From Diadema antillarum (Eukaryota), in NCBI RefSeq assembly GCF_040938485.1, contig NW_027270960.1, forward strand, positions 1,984,001 through 2,048,000: a stretch of 64,000 nucleotides of DNA. The letters are read 5' to 3'. The position numbers and the translations under genes are program-made. Below, in pieces: positions 62,031 to 64,000 of this stretch; positions within the stretch are counted from its first letter, which is position 1, and each line of letters opens with the position of its first letter. Below the pieces are notes generated by a model. The model searched no databases, had not been told where the DNA came from, and was given only the letters and a program-made list of their open reading frames with translations.

Positions 62031-63314
62031 ACCTGTTTGTAAAGTAGTCGGTAAAGCAAGTATGGGCCTCAACTGTCATCTCTCTAGCCACTGTTTTCTA
62101 ATACATGGGCAGCCATACATATGTGAAAAATATGCACATACAGCAGAATGTTGTCAGCTGCACAGCAGTTGGATCCATTTCTGTGTTGTTGTGGTAAAGA
62201 TAGAGCTAAGCTTTTGTGTATGGCCATGAAAGCATTGGATATATCACATCCATTTTATCACTTGTGTCGGCACATTTCTTATTCCTTGATCATATCCATA
62301 TAAACCAGGTTTTTAGGGCATTTTATCATAATACATACATTATATACCGCATTATATTTCTCTTTTATTTAGGTCATTTATTTCAAGACCGATCTCATTT
62401 CAAATAAGATTTACAAACCTTTTCTCTTCTGATTTGTGTTAAGTATCCTTGTGGAAGTGCAATTAAACTACTAACCTTTGTTTGATACACACAACTAAGA
62501 AATGATTCATATTTCACGTGTGAAAATTTGCTAGAGTTTATGTCCAATTTTAGTATCTTTTCTGGGCCCCCTTCCATGAAATCATATCATTTTTATATCA
62601 TAGCTTTATGTAGAAACTACATGTTTAATGTTGATATCTGTTGCACATTTTTTTTTTTTTTTTTGTGAGGGGGACCTATAGTCAGGGTTGATATTACTAC
62701 CAGCAAGACAAGGCGTTCCGGGGGTTGGGGGTTGGGGGTTGGGGGTGGGGTGGAGTGGGGAGACTTGATTGTTCAGTAATACAAACCGATTGACCAGCGA
62801 TAGACCACAGCTATGAAGTGGAGATACATGAATTGGAAAGGTTCGAAGGCAGCTGAGTGTATATGTTTGCAATTTAATATCTCTCTGGCGTGCTCCCCTA
62901 TTTCTCATCCCCACTCAATAAAGGAGATATTTGCACATGAAATGAACCAGGCTGGGACTATGCACACATTCCAATTATGGGGGTGGGACAAGACGGTTCC
63001 TGTTTTCACATTCATGGCTAGTTATTGTCAAAAAGGGAGAGGGTGGGATGGGAGGGGGGAGAAAGAAAGAAAGAAAGAAAGAACAGAATTGAAATTAAAA
63101 GTTGGCCTTGGGTTCCCCGTTTGTGTTCATTTTGTCTCTCTCACTCTCTATCTATCTGTGATATAATTATCTCTCTGTCACAGATGGAGTATTATGTGTC
63201 AGTCGATATGCACATAATCAGCTGCATGTAGTCCCACATATAGCCAAAGTATCAAAGGAGTTAACATCTACCCCTGATGTTCATGATCCTCTTACATCCT
63301 TGTGATGTCTCCAA

Positions 63315-63723
63315 GGCTGCGTTTATCATCTTTCCCCTGTTTGAAACGGCTTTCAAAAGCCGTTTCCAAAGCCTTTTAGAAACGGCTTCCAAAATAGTTG
63401 CGTTTGTCAACTCATCGCGAACACGATAACTGGCCTTGTCACTGTGCAGCTGCATTGCGTAATTTGACACGAGGAGAAGGGGTCATATAGTGTAACCGCA
63501 GTACAAAGCTGTTTCAAAACAGCTTTGTGTTTATCTCACTTCAAAAGGCTTCTAGAAACAGGTTTCTGGAAACCTGTTTAGTAAACCTGTTTCGGAAAGC
63601 ACAAATTTGCGGCTTTCGAAAAGGCTTTCAAAACAAGCTTTGCGTTTATCATCTCGTAAAAATTCCCTGAAAGCCGTTTGGAAAACCTGTTTCTGCCGAG
63701 AAAAAGAGTTGATAAACGCACCC
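63315..63723. mobile_element. PIF/Harbinger-like MITE with ends related to 45812-46298
   Basis: GGCTGCGTTTATCA vs reverse complement of right end GGGTGCGTTTATCA; internal AAACGGC/AAAGCCG repeats; TSD not conserved. Confidence 0.7.
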
Positions 63724-64000
63724 TAGGACTGCGATGGCTGTTGCTATCCATCTCTTTAACAATTAACTCCCTTTCATTTGTAAATGAAAAGGGTATCATG
63801 ACATCACATCTGTTATCACACACAAACTGAGCATCATTCTGTCCTATATTTTGCATGCCTGTGGCAGGGAATGAAGCTAAATTCCTTTGTAATCATTGGT
63901 CATAGAATGCAAATCATTTTCTCCAAGATTCCATAACCAAATAAAGACAACATGTGAGTTCTTTTCAAACGTTATGTTTTCTTTTGTTTTTTAATCAGTA

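Noticed and set aside
1-64000. CRISPR arrays, rRNA, tRNA or tRNA-derived SINEs, prokaryotic operons
   Set aside because: I saw no repeat-spacer periodicity, no A/B-box cloverleaf and no gene-dense coding DNA; the sequence is eukaryotic non-coding

Overview
This is AT-rich animal genomic DNA with one 153-N scaffold gap. The repeat families and TAGGCCTA-type motifs recall an echinoderm such as a sea urchin; that is recollection and cannot be verified here. I recognise no host protein-coding gene, rRNA, tRNA or CRISPR array. The supplied ORFs are short chance ORFs, microsatellite artefacts or decayed retroelement pieces. The window is mostly intron/intergenic DNA with many non-autonomous DNA transposons (MITEs): seven ~93-bp TTAA|CCC piggyBac-like copies, four clear TTAA|AGG Kolobok/T2-like copies of two families, four Harbinger-like elements, and several TA-flanked elements. 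It also has two CR1/L2-type LINE remnants, a probable Penelope GIY-YIG remnant and microsatellites. The most notable observations are: (1) two Kolobok-like MITEs sit exactly at the centre of larger flanking palindromes; (2) a perfect 26-bp palindrome with CAG..CTG ends is flanked by a 7-bp direct repeat, like a TIR-only micro-transposon; (3) a CpG-retaining domain at ~16.6-24.0 kb is bounded by two promoter-like islands sharing a motif, within otherwise CpG-depleted DNA; (4) a LINE has its endonuclease apparently fused in frame to the last ORF2 residues; (5) there is a perfect 4-unit heat-shock element. All counts were done by eye and are approximate.
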